From the NCBI RefSeq assembly GCF_009914755.1, contig NC_060935.1: DNA of 64,000 nt, one strand, 5' to 3'. The stretch comes from the human T2T-CHM13v2.0 reference genome, Homo sapiens. Each line of letters begins with the position of its first letter. Positions within the stretch are counted from its first letter, which is position 1. Position numbers and translations under genes: made by a program. Below the pieces are notes generated by a model. That model was not told where the DNA came from. It saw only the letters and a list, made by a program, of their open reading frames with translations, and ran no database searches. Positions 30,518-44,880 of the stretch are shown in pieces.

Positions 30518-30838
30518 TTTTATTATATTTATTTATTTATTTATTTCATTTTTTTGAAATGGAGTCTTGCTCTGTCACCCAAGCTGAAGTGCCGTGGTGC
30601 GATCTTGGCTCACTGCAACCTCCGCCTTCCTGGTTCAAGCGATTGTCCTGCCTCAGCCTCCAGAGTTCGCTGGGACTACAGGTGCCTGCCACCATGCCCA
30701 GCTAATTTTTGTATTTTTAGTAGAGACAGGGCTTCACCATGTTGGCCAGGCTGGTCTCAAACTCCTGACCTCAGGTGATCCTCCCGCCTCAGCCTCCCAA
30801 AGTGCTGGGATTATAGGCATGATCCATCGTGCTCGGTC
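30518..30838 (-). mobile_element. AluSx-like
   Basis: Antisense dimer with (TTTA)n tail. TSD CAAC(T/C)TTCTGTTTA at 30504-30517 and 30840-30853. Confidence 0.95.
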
Positions 30839-30859
30839 ACAACCTTCTGTTTAGAGTAA

Positions 30860-32100
30860 GCACTTTTCTAAGATTTATGTTTATCATTCCCTTGATTTAA
30901 TTATGGTTTTACGATATACATATGTACCACCAAAGAGATATACTGCGTTTTTATGTTTGAACTCTATATGTTACTTTTGTATGCATCCTTCTGTGACTTG
31001 CTTTTTTTCATTCAAAATTCTATTTTTGAAATTTATCTATAGGGCTGCCTGTAGTCATAGCACATTTATTTGCAAGTGCCAAATAGTTTTCCAAACTGTT
31101 TTCTGCCAGTGACACTTCTGCCTCTAAAGGGTGTGATCCCTTTTCTCCATATGCTTGCAATATTTGTATTTTCAGACTTCTACATTTTTGCCAATTTAGA
31201 GGCTGTGAAATATTTCATGGTAGTTTTACTTTTTAATTTTTCTGATAACTGATAAAATTGATCACATTTTAAAATGTTATTTGGCCATTATATTTCCTCT
31301 TTTATGAAATACTTGTTCTTTTTTATCCTGTCTTTTTCTTAAGTCATATTTGAGATTTTATGAATTTGAGATTCATAATGCCAGTTATCATTGCAAATAC
31401 TTTCTTTGGTTTAAGGGCTGACTTTTGCTTTTTTTTTTTCTTTTTTCTTTTTTTTGAATGTTGTTCTTTTTTATTATTATTATACTTTAAGTTTTAGGGT
31501 ACATGTGCACAGTGTGCAGGTTTGTTACATATGTATACATGTGCCATGTTGGTGTGCTGCACTCATTAACTCATCATTTAGCATTAGGTATATCTCCTAA
31601 TGCTATCCCTCCCCGCCTCCCCGATGAAACTGACTTTCGCTTTTTAAAGTGTCCTTTGAATAGGCTTAATATTTCCTAATGTAGTTAAACGTATACATAT
31701 TTTCCCTCTTTTGATCTGCGCTTTGATTTGTGATATTTTGATTTTTTAAAGGCATTCTTGGCTCACTAAAGGACATATGGATATTTCTCTCTTTTATATT
31801 CTAAATTTTTGGTTTTTTATATGTAGAGATTAATTTCAGAAAAAGTAAACCTGGAATTAATTTTTATGAATTGTGTCATGTAAACAAATATATAATTGTT
31901 GTCCATATAAAAGATTTCCAGTGTTATTTAATAAACCGGCATTTCTCCACAAATCTCAGTATCACCTTTTCAGATATTAAAGTTCTGCATATGCTTTGTT
32001 CTTTTCCTGGTCCCTCTTTTTTCTATATGCTACTTTTCCTTCTGTCTCTTAGCCTCTTAATTTCTATGTTTTTTTTCCAATTACAGATTAAAAAATGTTT
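30860..32100 (-). mobile_element. Old L1ME fragment, interrupted by a short L1PA
   Basis: GTGCCAAATAGTTTTCCAAA, TTTTTGCCAATTT, TTTGGCCAT antisense L1M motifs. Confidence 0.65.
31429..31629 (-). mobile_element. Very short L1PA4-type 3' end
   Basis: L1 3'UTR at 31467-31622. TSD CTGACTTT(T/C)GCTTTTT starting at 31418 and 31630. Confidence 0.9.
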
Positions 32101-32184
32101 TATACAAAAGATGTTAGAATCAAGGTAATCTATTGTGTTGTTACAGTGAGATGAGAAAGATGTGCAGGTGATTCTTCTTAGTTA

Positions 32185-32380
32185 CAGGTAGAAGAGCATG
32201 GGTTTAGAACTGAACTTTCTGAGGTTCAAATTTGTCTTTCCTTGGGCAAGACACTCACACTCAGAACCTTATGGCCTCTGTAGGGCTGCCATGAGGATTA
32301 AACTACATAATTTCATAGGGTTATGTGCAGTTATGGAGCATGGTAGATGAGATTATTTAATGACAGTTTTATAGTTATTT
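32185..32380 (+). mobile_element. MIR
   Basis: AGAGCATGGG...CCTTGGGCAAG...GAGGATTAAA. Confidence 0.7.
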
Positions 32381-34202
32381 CATCTTGAAATTTTTCCTTC
32401 TGCATAGTTGCATATACTAATTTCTGAGATCCACATAAGTACAGATCTATGGTTATATAAATATATGGTTTTCAAGGGGAAATTATATTATTATTGTTTG
32501 TTATTTTCCTTCACTGGAATTGAAGTACAGATAGTTTGCCCTACAGTTTCACTCTGTTGGTTAACCTTTTTTTTTTTTTTTTTTTTTTCATTTCCACTGA
32601 GGCTGTAGTCCCTTAGGGATCTTTGTGTGGTGATCAGATTCAGCTGCACAATTATGTGCAGGCTCACGTCCCAAAACTAGTATCTGAGACTACTGTTAAT
32701 CTCTCAAACCCTTATTTCCTGGTAGTACAATTTTTTTTCCTTCCAGAGCTACTTTTAATATCCAGTTGGTTTAACATTCTAGGTTCATTTTGAGAAAAAT
32801 TTTGGCTCTTGATGATTATTTCTATTTTCTTGAGAGTTGAATGATATGGTGTGTTAATTTTTTTTGTAATTTTTTCAGCATTTAGTTTTGTTTGGTTGTT
32901 TGGTTGCTTTTTTTTTAATGGGATAACTTTTCAGACTAATTTGTTGGTATGCTGGATGCAGAAAAGATCTTATATTCCTTTAGTAACACCTCCCTTATCA
33001 TTTTACTCATTGTTTTGTGTACTTGAGGTGGTATTCTTCTCTATGCTACCTATTAAAAATCATTTTTATTACTAATTATACATTTTAAATCTCACATCCT
33101 TGTAATATTCCTCGTCTACCAATGCCAAATTTATATCTTCCTCTTCAAAACTCCTTATGTCTGTATGAATCATCTAATAATTAGCCATGTATATCTTTGT
33201 GATATCTCATCTATTGTTTTCCCAACGTATAATTCCTTGTTTTTGCCCTTATAACTGTTCTCTGAAGACAGTTAATTTGAATTATAACTGTTGAGAACTC
33301 CTAAATGCTAATGTGAGGCTTTATAAGTTATACTCTGGTAAGATGTAATATATTATGTTTTAATTACAGTTTGATTTCTTTGTATGGATATGTTCATTTC
33401 AAGTTCCCTTCCATTTATTTTTCTTTCACTCTTTATTACCTTCACTTTTACCTTCCTCTTGCCCCTTCATATTACTCCCAAAGTTATTAACTAATATCAT
33501 ATATATTAAACTCAACAGAATACAGAAAATGGCTTTATACTTTACTACAAACATATTATCACTTCTTGTTTCCTATGATAAAACTTTGACAAATTTTCAT
33601 ATGTTTCTAGCCACTCATTTATAATAGTATCATTTAATAATATTATTATTTAATCATGATCTCTTTTTTTGAAACTCGTGACTCAATTTTACATGTGCAG
33701 TAGTCCAATTCCACTTAAAATTTCAGTTCTACATGCAATTTGAAGTGTTTTCTCTTTTTTTTAGCTTTACTTTGACTTGTAGCTCAGGGACTTACAATAT
33801 AGAAATGAGGGTGTGAGTTCTTGTTTAAGTCTTCCCTGACTTCCTCTCTGTTTTTCTTCCTGTCCTCTAGGTTTTATGTAGAGTTAAAAAAAGTTAGAAA
33901 AAAAATGTCTAAATGAGTTATATTGTTTGTTATCTCTTATAATCATCCACTGTCAGAGCTGACCTTCAAATATTGGTTCTCTCATGGAAAACCTGAGACT
34001 TTTAAGGTTCCTGTCTTGAGTGATACATTCTCTGATAAATGCTTTGCTATGTCTTCTTTATCCTATCCCTTTCTTAGTGGGATAGAAGACCCATGGATTT
34101 TTATTGCTATGGTCCTCTTACCACAGCAGACAACCCACTTGGCCAAAGTAACTTGAAGATGATTTGAACCCATCCCGCTTTCCCTGAGAATTTATTGCTT
34201 AC

Positions 34203-34301
34203 CCTGCCATTCAGGAAGTGTACCTGATCTGACCACTAATCCTTCTTTCTTTATCATGTAGATTCCTGTTACCTCAACCAATCTTTGGTCTTTAGACTTT
34301 T
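34203..34301 (-). pseudogene. Candidate exon (99 nt, open, phase 1-1; may extend to about 33797)
   Basis: Acceptor CTGTTTCTATCCTAG, donor AGG|GTAAGC. Reads KSKDQRLVEVTGIYMIKKEGLVVRSGTLPEWQ. Coding-like sequence continues past the donor. Confidence 0.5.
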
Positions 34302-34495
34302 CTAGGATAGAAACAGGCTTCAGTCTCTTGATTTATATACTCCCCTAAGCCCTGAGGGATACATGTTCATTTAATAACACGTTAATGGTGTTCTACCATT
34401 GCTGGCCATATAATTCATTTTTTAATTCATTCAGAAAATATTTACTGAATGGTTAAGCCATGCCAGTTCTTGTTTTCAGCACTGGAAATATAAGT

Positions 34496-34670
34496 GGGGA
34501 TATCAGATTTAGCAAATACAAGTACAGATGCCCAACCAAATGTGAATTTCAGATAAACATAAGTTATTGGTAGAAGTGTGCAATATTTGGGACATTTTTG
34601 TATTAAAATTACTTGTTTTCATAAAAAATTAAAGCTTATCTGAGTGCCCTGTATTTTATCTGATAATCTT
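34496..34670. mobile_element. MER53 (palindromic hAT MITE)
   Basis: CAGATTTAGCAAAT...GAATTTCAGATAAAC...CAATATTTGGGACAT...CCTGTATTTTATCTG. Confidence 0.85.
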
Positions 34671-35329
34671 AGATATAGAAATGGATAACATAAACTACCC
34701 TGTCTTCATGGAGCTACATTCTAATGAAAAAAAAAAATGAATAAAACACTTTGAAAGTATTATGTCATGTAGTGATAACGTCTGTAGAAAAAATAAAATA
34801 GAATGAGAGGGATAGAGAGTTCCAGCAGATTAATGTTGCGATTTTTATATGGATTAACCATGCCCCAGTACCAAAGAGACTAATAAGCAGAGACTAGAGG
34901 AAAATAAAGGAAAGAAATAGTTGGTTCAGGCATAAGAACAAGCAAGTACAAAGGAACTAGATGGAAGCAGGCGTGGTATGTACACATGGTGACAAATAGG
35001 GAAGGGCAAGGCAAAGAAAAGAGTGGGAGAAAGATTCAAAGAGGTATGTGGTGGGGGAAGTTCTGGGCCAGGGAGAGACTGCCAGATTAATCAAGGCATT
35101 TAGCCGTAGGAAGGACTTTGGATTTCACTCTTAGTGAGAAAGGAAGGCTTTGCAGAGTTTTCAAGAGAGATCCGGCACACTCATGTTTTCTTTTTAAATG
35201 GTTTCTTTTAGCTGCTGAAAAAAATATAGATTGGAGGTGTCAATTGCAAAGACAGGATATAGAAGTAGGAGCCTGTTAGAATAATCTTGGAAAGAGTTGA
35301 TGGAAGCTTAGACCTTGAAATTTGTGTTT

Positions 35330-37545
<2,216 letters not shown>

Positions 37546-38677
37546 GATGGGAAGAAGTAAATGAATTCCGATTGAATTTTGCAGGAAAAAATGCTAGAAT
37601 TTTTTGATAGATTGAATATATAACATAAGAAAAAGAGAAAAGTCAAGGATGATTCTGATAACATTTATTAGAGAAACTGAAAGAAAGGAGTTGATATTTC
37701 CTGTGATGGGAGAAGACTGTGAGAGGTGAGTAGGAGTGTATGGAAATAAGTTCAGTTTTGGACCTGTTAAGCTTGCAGTGTTAGAAATCTAATTTCAGAG
37801 ACAAAATCTACAGTTAGATGTACTGTTCATGGAAGAGTTCTGGGTCAAAAATAACCACTTGAGAATTTTCAGTGTGTAAATATTATTTCACATAAGAAGA
37901 GCAGATGAGAGATGTGCCCTTCTTCTTGAGGGCATTACCAACTACTATGATGGATGGTTGGTATTTTTGTTTGTTTGTTTGTTTTTAAGAAATGCCTTCA
38001 CTTCATCTGTCGGAGTGACTGCTCTACTCCCAAATCATATGGAGGGGAAAGAAAGTTCTCTGCTTTCCCCTAACACTAATCCTCAGTTGAGAACTCATGA
38101 CTTATTGAAAACCCTTAAAAGCCATGTAAAGAGTGGCTTTCATTCAGTGATTGTAAGTACTGTCTCTCATTGGTAGTGCACTTGATTCTTATTTATTTCC
38201 CTATTTTTATCTCCTCTCTTAAAAAAATCAGGTAATTGATAGAGTGCCACATGCTTATCTCTAGGTGCTGATAGTTCAGTGTGTTATGCCAATTAGATAG
38301 AATCTGCAATCACACTTTCTATGCCTTTCTTTTGCGGATAGTATTTGGTCGATAAATTAGTTAATACAATTTGATGAACACTTCCTACATTTGTCAGATG
38401 GTACTGGATACCTTGCTGTAAACTAAATAGCATCAGGTTGTTTTAGAATATGCAGTCCCTACAAAGTTGAGAGCTCCTGCATTAGTACATCCTAGAATGA
38501 ACTGTCATTTTAAAATGTTTCATTAAATTTACTTGTCAGTGAGGTTAAGAAAAAAACACATGATTTTAATATACTAAATTAACAATGTGACTTTTTGATT
38601 TGGCTTTAGCAATGGCAATCTCTTCAATTTGAACAACTTCTATCAGCCCTAGTCTACTTCAATCATAGATCTACTTT

Positions 38678-39410
38678 TTTAAAACAAATTATTTTTCTTT
38701 AAAGTTCCAGGGTACGTGTGCAAGATATGCAGGTTTGTTACATAGGTAAACGTGTGACATGGTGGTTTACTGCATCTATGAACCCATCACCTGGGTATTA
38801 AGCACAGCATGCATTAGCTATTATTTTTCTTGATGCTCTCCGCCCCCCCAGCTCACCGTCCAACAGGCCCCAGTGTATGTTGTTCCCTTCCCTGTGTCCA
38901 TGTGTTCTTATTGTTTAGCTCCCACCTATAAGTGAGAGCATGGGGTGTTTGGTTTTCTATTCCTGTGTTAGTTTGCTGGGGATAGTGGCTTTCAGCTCCA
39001 TTCATGTTCCTTCAAAGGACATGATCTTGTTCCTTTTTATGGCTGCTTAGTATTCCATGGTGTATATGTAGCACTTTTTTTTTTTTTATCCAGTCTGTCA
39101 CTGTTGGGCATTTGGGTTGATTCCATGTTTTCTATTGTGAACAGTGCTGCAGTGAAGATACACGTGCATGTATCAAAACTGCAATGAGATACCATCTCAC
39201 ATCAGTCAGAATGGCAATTATTAAAAAGTCAAGAAACATCAGTTACTGGCGAGGTTGTGGAAATATAGGAACACTTTTACACTGTTGGTGGGAATGTAAA
39301 TTAATTCAACCATTATGGAAGACAGTGTGGCAATTCCTCAAAGATCTAGAACCAGAAATACCATTTGACCCAGCAATCCCATTACTGGGTATATACCCAA
39401 ATGAATATAC
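38678..39410 (-). mobile_element. L1PA8-10-type element with 5' inversion
   Basis: Antisense 3' part to 39174, sense ORF2 piece 39175-39410. TSD ATCATA(G/C)ATCTACTTT at 38662-38677 and 39411-39426. Confidence 0.92.
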
Positions 39411-39639
39411 ATCATACATCTACTTTAATACAACCCCAATTGCTTTATTAACAGTTTGGTTTAAGAAAACTCCTCCATATGCTGCCGACACTTTTTTAAT
39501 TAAATAAAGTAAAATCATGTCTTTATATGAATTGGCCAATTAGTTTTCTAGGTGGCAAAATCTTACACAGAAACTAGGTATTCATCTTACCAAAGACTAA
39601 CTATATGTTAGTCTAGTATTAACCCTACCAAAGACTACA

Positions 39640-39757
39640 TGTTACTGAACAAGTCACTTAATTTTTCTGAATCTTAGTTACCTCATTTTTGGAGCACAAG
39701 TATTAGAATGCATACGCTCTAAAGTTCTTTCCTGTTTTAAAATGTTATGATTCTATG
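39640..39757 (+). mobile_element. MIR3 fragment
   Basis: CAAGTCACTTAA...TCTAAAGTTCTTTCC...TGATTCTATG. Confidence 0.65.
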
Positions 39758-40683
39758 ATAAAAATTTTTAATCCACCAGGACCTTTAAATTCTGGTTATT
39801 TAACTTCTTCATCTCTATTACAGGCCTAGAATATTTTCTTCATTTCATATTTTGTCATATTTCATATTATGTCAGTTTTTATGTGAAGCAAAAACACTCT
39901 TCTTATATAAAATAAATTTCAGTAGTAGTATAATTAACATACAGGACCTATACCTCTATAATATTTAAAAATTAGAAATGAACAAATGTAGACTATTATA
40001 GTAGAATAAGATCAGTAAATGTATGGAGTGTGTTTGATCAGATTATATATATATGCTATCATTTTAGAATAAGGCTTCTAAAGAACCTGCTTATGTGGAT
40101 AAAGTGTAGAACAGTGAGAATATTAAAACTAATATCAGTATTAAAGAACGACATTAGTTTCCCCAATGATGTTGGATGATTAGAGACTGAAATCTTCGCT
40201 ATCCAAGCTACATTATCATTAAAATCACAAATACATCCAAAGCAAATGAAATCGATAACATCTTATGATATCAAAAATGTTTGGGTAATTAAAGAAACCT
40301 ATTGCTCATGCCATTCATATATACAAATAACTTAAACAAAAGGTGAATGCCACTCACAAACCAATTAGCTTAGAGGTTGAGATGGAACAGATTTTTTTTT
40401 TTTTTTAGAGAAAATAAAAATCTTTATTTGCGTGTATTTTTTAAAAAGGAATGAGCCAATTTTATTTTGTTTCTTTTGGAGTCCAATGTGATCAACCAAT
40501 CCACTTTGTGTGAAATAATGAGAGGAGGCACAGAAAGTGTTTAGCATGGTGCCTGGCACATGGTAATGCTTAAATAACACAGTTTTTATTACTGTGGGCT
40601 AGAGAAACTATAGCTATTATGGGTTATAGATCAAGACAGTAATCATGGCACACTGACCTCTCCCACAGACCCTCAAAGCCTAA

Positions 40684-40722
40684 TCTATCTATCTGTCTAT
40701 CTGTCTGTCTGTCTATCTCTAT
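40684..40722. repeat. (TCTA/TCTG)n tetranucleotide repeat
   Basis: Directly visible. Confidence 0.9.
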
Positions 40723-41099
40723 CCCTTTGGAACAGATTCTTAATGTTCAAGATGAAGAGATGAAAAATAAAATTAAATAAACACATTCTAATTTCTTTAA
40801 GCTTCCCATGGGAATCATCTGATGTATGCTATTTCCTAAAGGGGAAAGAAATAAATCATTTGAGTGATCTAAAGATAGCCCTAAGAGTACAGTGGCATCC
40901 TTTCTATTTTAAATCCAGAGAAAATGACAAAACAATAAATTTCAGAGCTCATTCTCCTGTCTTTGCTGACAGGTACACTTGTTTTCTTCCTGATTAGATA
41001 ACCCACATAAGAATAAATACTCTGAACTGGGCTGCAATGTAAAGTGAAAATAACTTTTTGTTTTCTAAATATTTTTATTCTTTTTCTTAAATATTTCAC

Positions 41100-41181
41100 A
41101 TTTGGTTTAAATATAATTGTTGACTTGTTAAATATTTTAGATTTGGTTTAAATATCATTGTTGACTTGTAAATAATTTTAG
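41100..41181. repeat. 41-bp tandem duplication
   Basis: ATTTGGTTTAAATATAATTGTTGACTTGTTAAATATTTTAG followed by a near-identical copy. Confidence 0.9.
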
Positions 41182-42062
41182 AGAATAATATTAGAAGCAT
41201 AGAACAATATTTAAATTGGAAAGAGAAGAATGTTCACTAGAATTTACCTTTTTAAAAAATGAAAAGAGGTCAACTCCCAGCAGGCCAATTTTCTACACTC
41301 TTATTGTGTATAATTCTTTAAAGTCATGAAGAGCCAGGATTTCTTATTATAATACTCCTTCCTGAAGACTGTGATCGAATCAAGATTTATTCTTAGCATA
41401 CTTTTAATGATTAATCTAAATTTTAAAACTTTCTGCTTTTCTATACCACAATTCCATTTATTATACTACTTTATATTACCTTTATATCACTTTTTTATCG
41501 TCTATGAGATAGTAAGTTCCTTGAATGCAGGGACTCTGCCTTGGCTTTCTTACCACAATAAACGATGCTAAATAAACACTTTCCGAATTAATGAAATAGG
41601 TTTCTGAAGGCATTGCTGTTTGTGATTCTCTAACATTGTTATAGGGAAGAAAGCTAAAGGAGAAGTGAGTCTGAATATTTACAGGATTTTTCATCTTCTG
41701 AATATTGTTATTTTTTTTCTCATTCTGAGAAAACAGGAAGACAAAATAATGCTGTTACAGTCACAGTTCAGGTAGTAATTATGTTTTCACTCAAAAGATA
41801 AGATAAAACAAAGATAACCAATAATGTACCTTGGCTAAACCCATTTTTATGTATAAAATTACTGAATTTTGTCTTTCTTAGTCATATAGTCTTACAGGTA
41901 ATTGAATGAGTATATGTGATGGGATTCCCTACCCCAGTCTCATACACATATGTTATTCTAACAGGTTCTTAAGAGGATATAGGACAACAAAAGAGAAGTT
42001 ACAGCCTCTCTATTAACAACCTTAGGGAAAGAGATCCATAACAGGCACTCATATTTCTAATA

Positions 42063-42730
42063 TAGCTATTCTCAAATTTTAAGATCTCAGGATCCTTTAC
42101 ACTTAAAAACTACCGAGAATTTCAAAGAGCTTTGGTTTATGTAGGGTATTCACCATACTAAAAGACTGAAACTGAGAAATTCTAAGATGTGTATTTGTTG
42201 ATTTATTTAAAATAATACTATTTTTTTACATGTTAAACTAAATAATGTGCTTTTAGGAAAAATTAATGCTATTTTCCAAAACAAACAAAAAAAAGTAACA
42301 AGAAGAATGACATCGTTTTATACTTTTGATGACTGACTTAATATCTTGCTTAATAAAACACAGGTTTATTGCCATATCTATTTCTATATTCAACCGCTGA
42401 CTATATACTCTTGTAATTGAAACCTTTTAAAGAAAACGTGGCTTCACATGTATATGTGGTTGAAAAAGAGAGAGCATTTTAATATCCTTTCTATTAATTT
42501 TAGATATTTTTATTTAAATATACAATCTGAAACCATATCAATAAATACTTAATGCTTGGTTACATAAAAATCAAGAGATCTAGCTTGCAATTTGAAGGGA
42601 TATTTTAACTACACATGATTTTGTAAAATCATGCCTTGGTCATTAGGAAAACATTGGTTTGCAGAATTATGCAGATTTTCAAGTGATGTATCATTTCGAT
42701 ATGCAATAAGAAAATAAATCACATTTATTA
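42063..42730. mobile_element. Charlie1-type hAT DNA transposon fragment
   Basis: TTCTCAAA...TCTCAGGATCCTTTACACTTAAAAA...CAAAGAGCTTTGGTTTATGT terminus. Confidence 0.75.
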
Positions 42731-43276
42731 CTTGTTTTTCCAGCCAAGATGAAGCAATAGAATCCAGATATACTTTCCCACTAAAAACAACTAAAAATCC
42801 AAATAAAATATATAAAACAAGAAATGTAAAATATTAGGCATCAGACAATGAAAAGCACTAGTCCCTAAGAGATGAGGAAGGAAACAAATATGGTTTTTTA
42901 ATTATCCAGCTTAGTTCCTGGAGAGTAAGTTTCCAGGTCATGGGCACAGGGAGAGGTAACTCGGGCAGAACCCAGTGGTCTCCTCCAGTTGAGAAGAGCT
43001 AAGAAACTTGAAAGGTCCAACTGGCTGGAGTTCTCAAAGCAGAGCACCAAAGTGGAGAAAGCTGCAAAAAGAGAGCGCTCCAGAGATTTGCAGAGGATCA
43101 CCCTAATTTCTGAAATTGAGTACTCATCAGTACGTGCATCTGAAGGAACCATTCACAGCTGGGCTAGGAATAGTTGTTTCTACTAGATAAAATGTGAAGA
43201 ACCATGTAATTTACAAGGACTCCGGTGGGTATTTCAGAAAGACTGTCTCAGTAGTGGAAAATAATATCCCCTAATC

Positions 43277-43619
43277 CAGCAGCCCCCAACCTTTGTGGCA
43301 CCAGGGACTGGTTTCGCGGAAGACAATTTTTCCATGGAGCAGGGTTTGTGGAGGGGATGGTTTTGGAACAAAACTGTTCCACCTCAGAGAATCAGGAATT
43401 AATTAGATTCCCATAAGGAGCACACAACCTAGATGCCTCGCATGCGCAGTTCACAATAGGGTTCCCACTCCTATGAGCATCTATCTAATGCCACCACTGA
43501 TCTGCCAGGAGGTGGAGCTCAGGTGGTAATGCTCACTCACCCACTGCTCACCTCCTACTGCGCAGCCCGGTTCCTAACAGGTCACTGACTGGTACAGGTC
43601 CGCAGCCTGGGGACCCCTG
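43277..43619 (+). mobile_element. MER1B (hAT-Charlie)
   Basis: CAGCAGCCCCCAACC...GGGGACCCCTG TIRs. Degenerate 8-bp TSD CCCTAATC/CCCTAGCC. Confidence 0.9.
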
Positions 43620-43919
43620 CCCTAGCCTAAACACTGCTTTAATCTCACCTAAGAAAGATTAAAAGCAAGACCTAAAAAACTCTATCTGTTTTCAGGTAAT
43701 CTATGCGTGGAATAAAGCTCAAGAATATTTAAGTAATTTCAAAATTATTCAACATAATGTAAAATTCACAAAGTTTCACTCACATGCAATAAAAAAATGA
43801 CTAAGCATGAAAAAAAGTGGAAAAAGATAAAACCTGTCATGAGAGAAAGATGAATCAATTGTAATTGATCTAGTAATAATATAGATGGTGAAATTAGTAG
43901 ATAACAAAATTACAATAGT

Positions 43920-44880
43920 TATTTATTGATAGATAATAGTTATATATTTGGGGGATACCTGTGATATTTTGATACATGCATACAACATTGTAATGATCAA
44001 ATAAAAGTAATTGGGGTATCTATCATCTCAAACATTAATTTTTTGTTTTATTGGGAACATTCCAAATCTTTTCTTCCAACTATTTTGAAGTATACAACAT
44101 ATTATTGTTAACCGTAGTCACCCTGCTGTATTATTGAGCACTAGATCTTATTTCTTCTGTTTGTGTTTCGTACTTATTAGCCAACTTCTCTTGGCTATAC
44201 TTGCCAGACTCTGCTAACTACTGATCCATTCCCTACCTCCATGAGATCCATGTTTTTAGCTCCCCTATAGGAGCTGAAAACATGCAGTATTTGTGTTTCT
44301 TTCCCTGGCTTATTTCATTTAATATAATGACCTTCAGTTCTATCCATGTTGCTGCAAATCACAGGATTTCATTCTTTTTATGGTGGAATAATATTGTATT
44401 ACATGTAAGTACCACGTTTCTTAATCCATTTGTTAATTGATGGACACTTAAGTTGATTTCATATCTTATCCATTGAGAATAGTGCTGGAATAAACATGGG
44501 GGTGCAGATAACTCTTTGATATACTGATTTTTATTCTTTTGGATATACACCCAGCAATGGAATTGCTGGATCATATGATAGTTCTATTCTTAGTTTTACG
44601 AGGAGCCTCTATACTGTATTCCATAGTAGCTGTACTATTAAAAATTTACATTCCTGCCACTAGTGTACAAAGGTTCCTCTTTCTCTGCATCCTTGCCAGC
44701 ATTTGCTATTGCCTGACATTTGATAAGCAGCATTTAAAATAGGGTTAGTTTTATGTGCCTTTTTCTAATGATTAGTGATTTTGAACATTTTTTTCATGTA
44801 CCCTTTGGACACATGAGATTAGTATTCAAAAGAAGAATTAGCATTCTTTTTTGAGAAATGCTTATTCAGATCCTTTCCCC
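43920..44880 (-). mobile_element. L1MA3/4-type 3' end
   Basis: GTGATATTTTGATACATGCATACAA...GTAATGATCAAAT and GGATATACACCCAGCAATGGAATTGCTGGATCATATG. Confidence 0.85.

Noticed and set aside
30496-30854. Alu-spanning ORFs (also 48793, 57562, 60550)
   Set aside because: Typical Alu translation artefacts.
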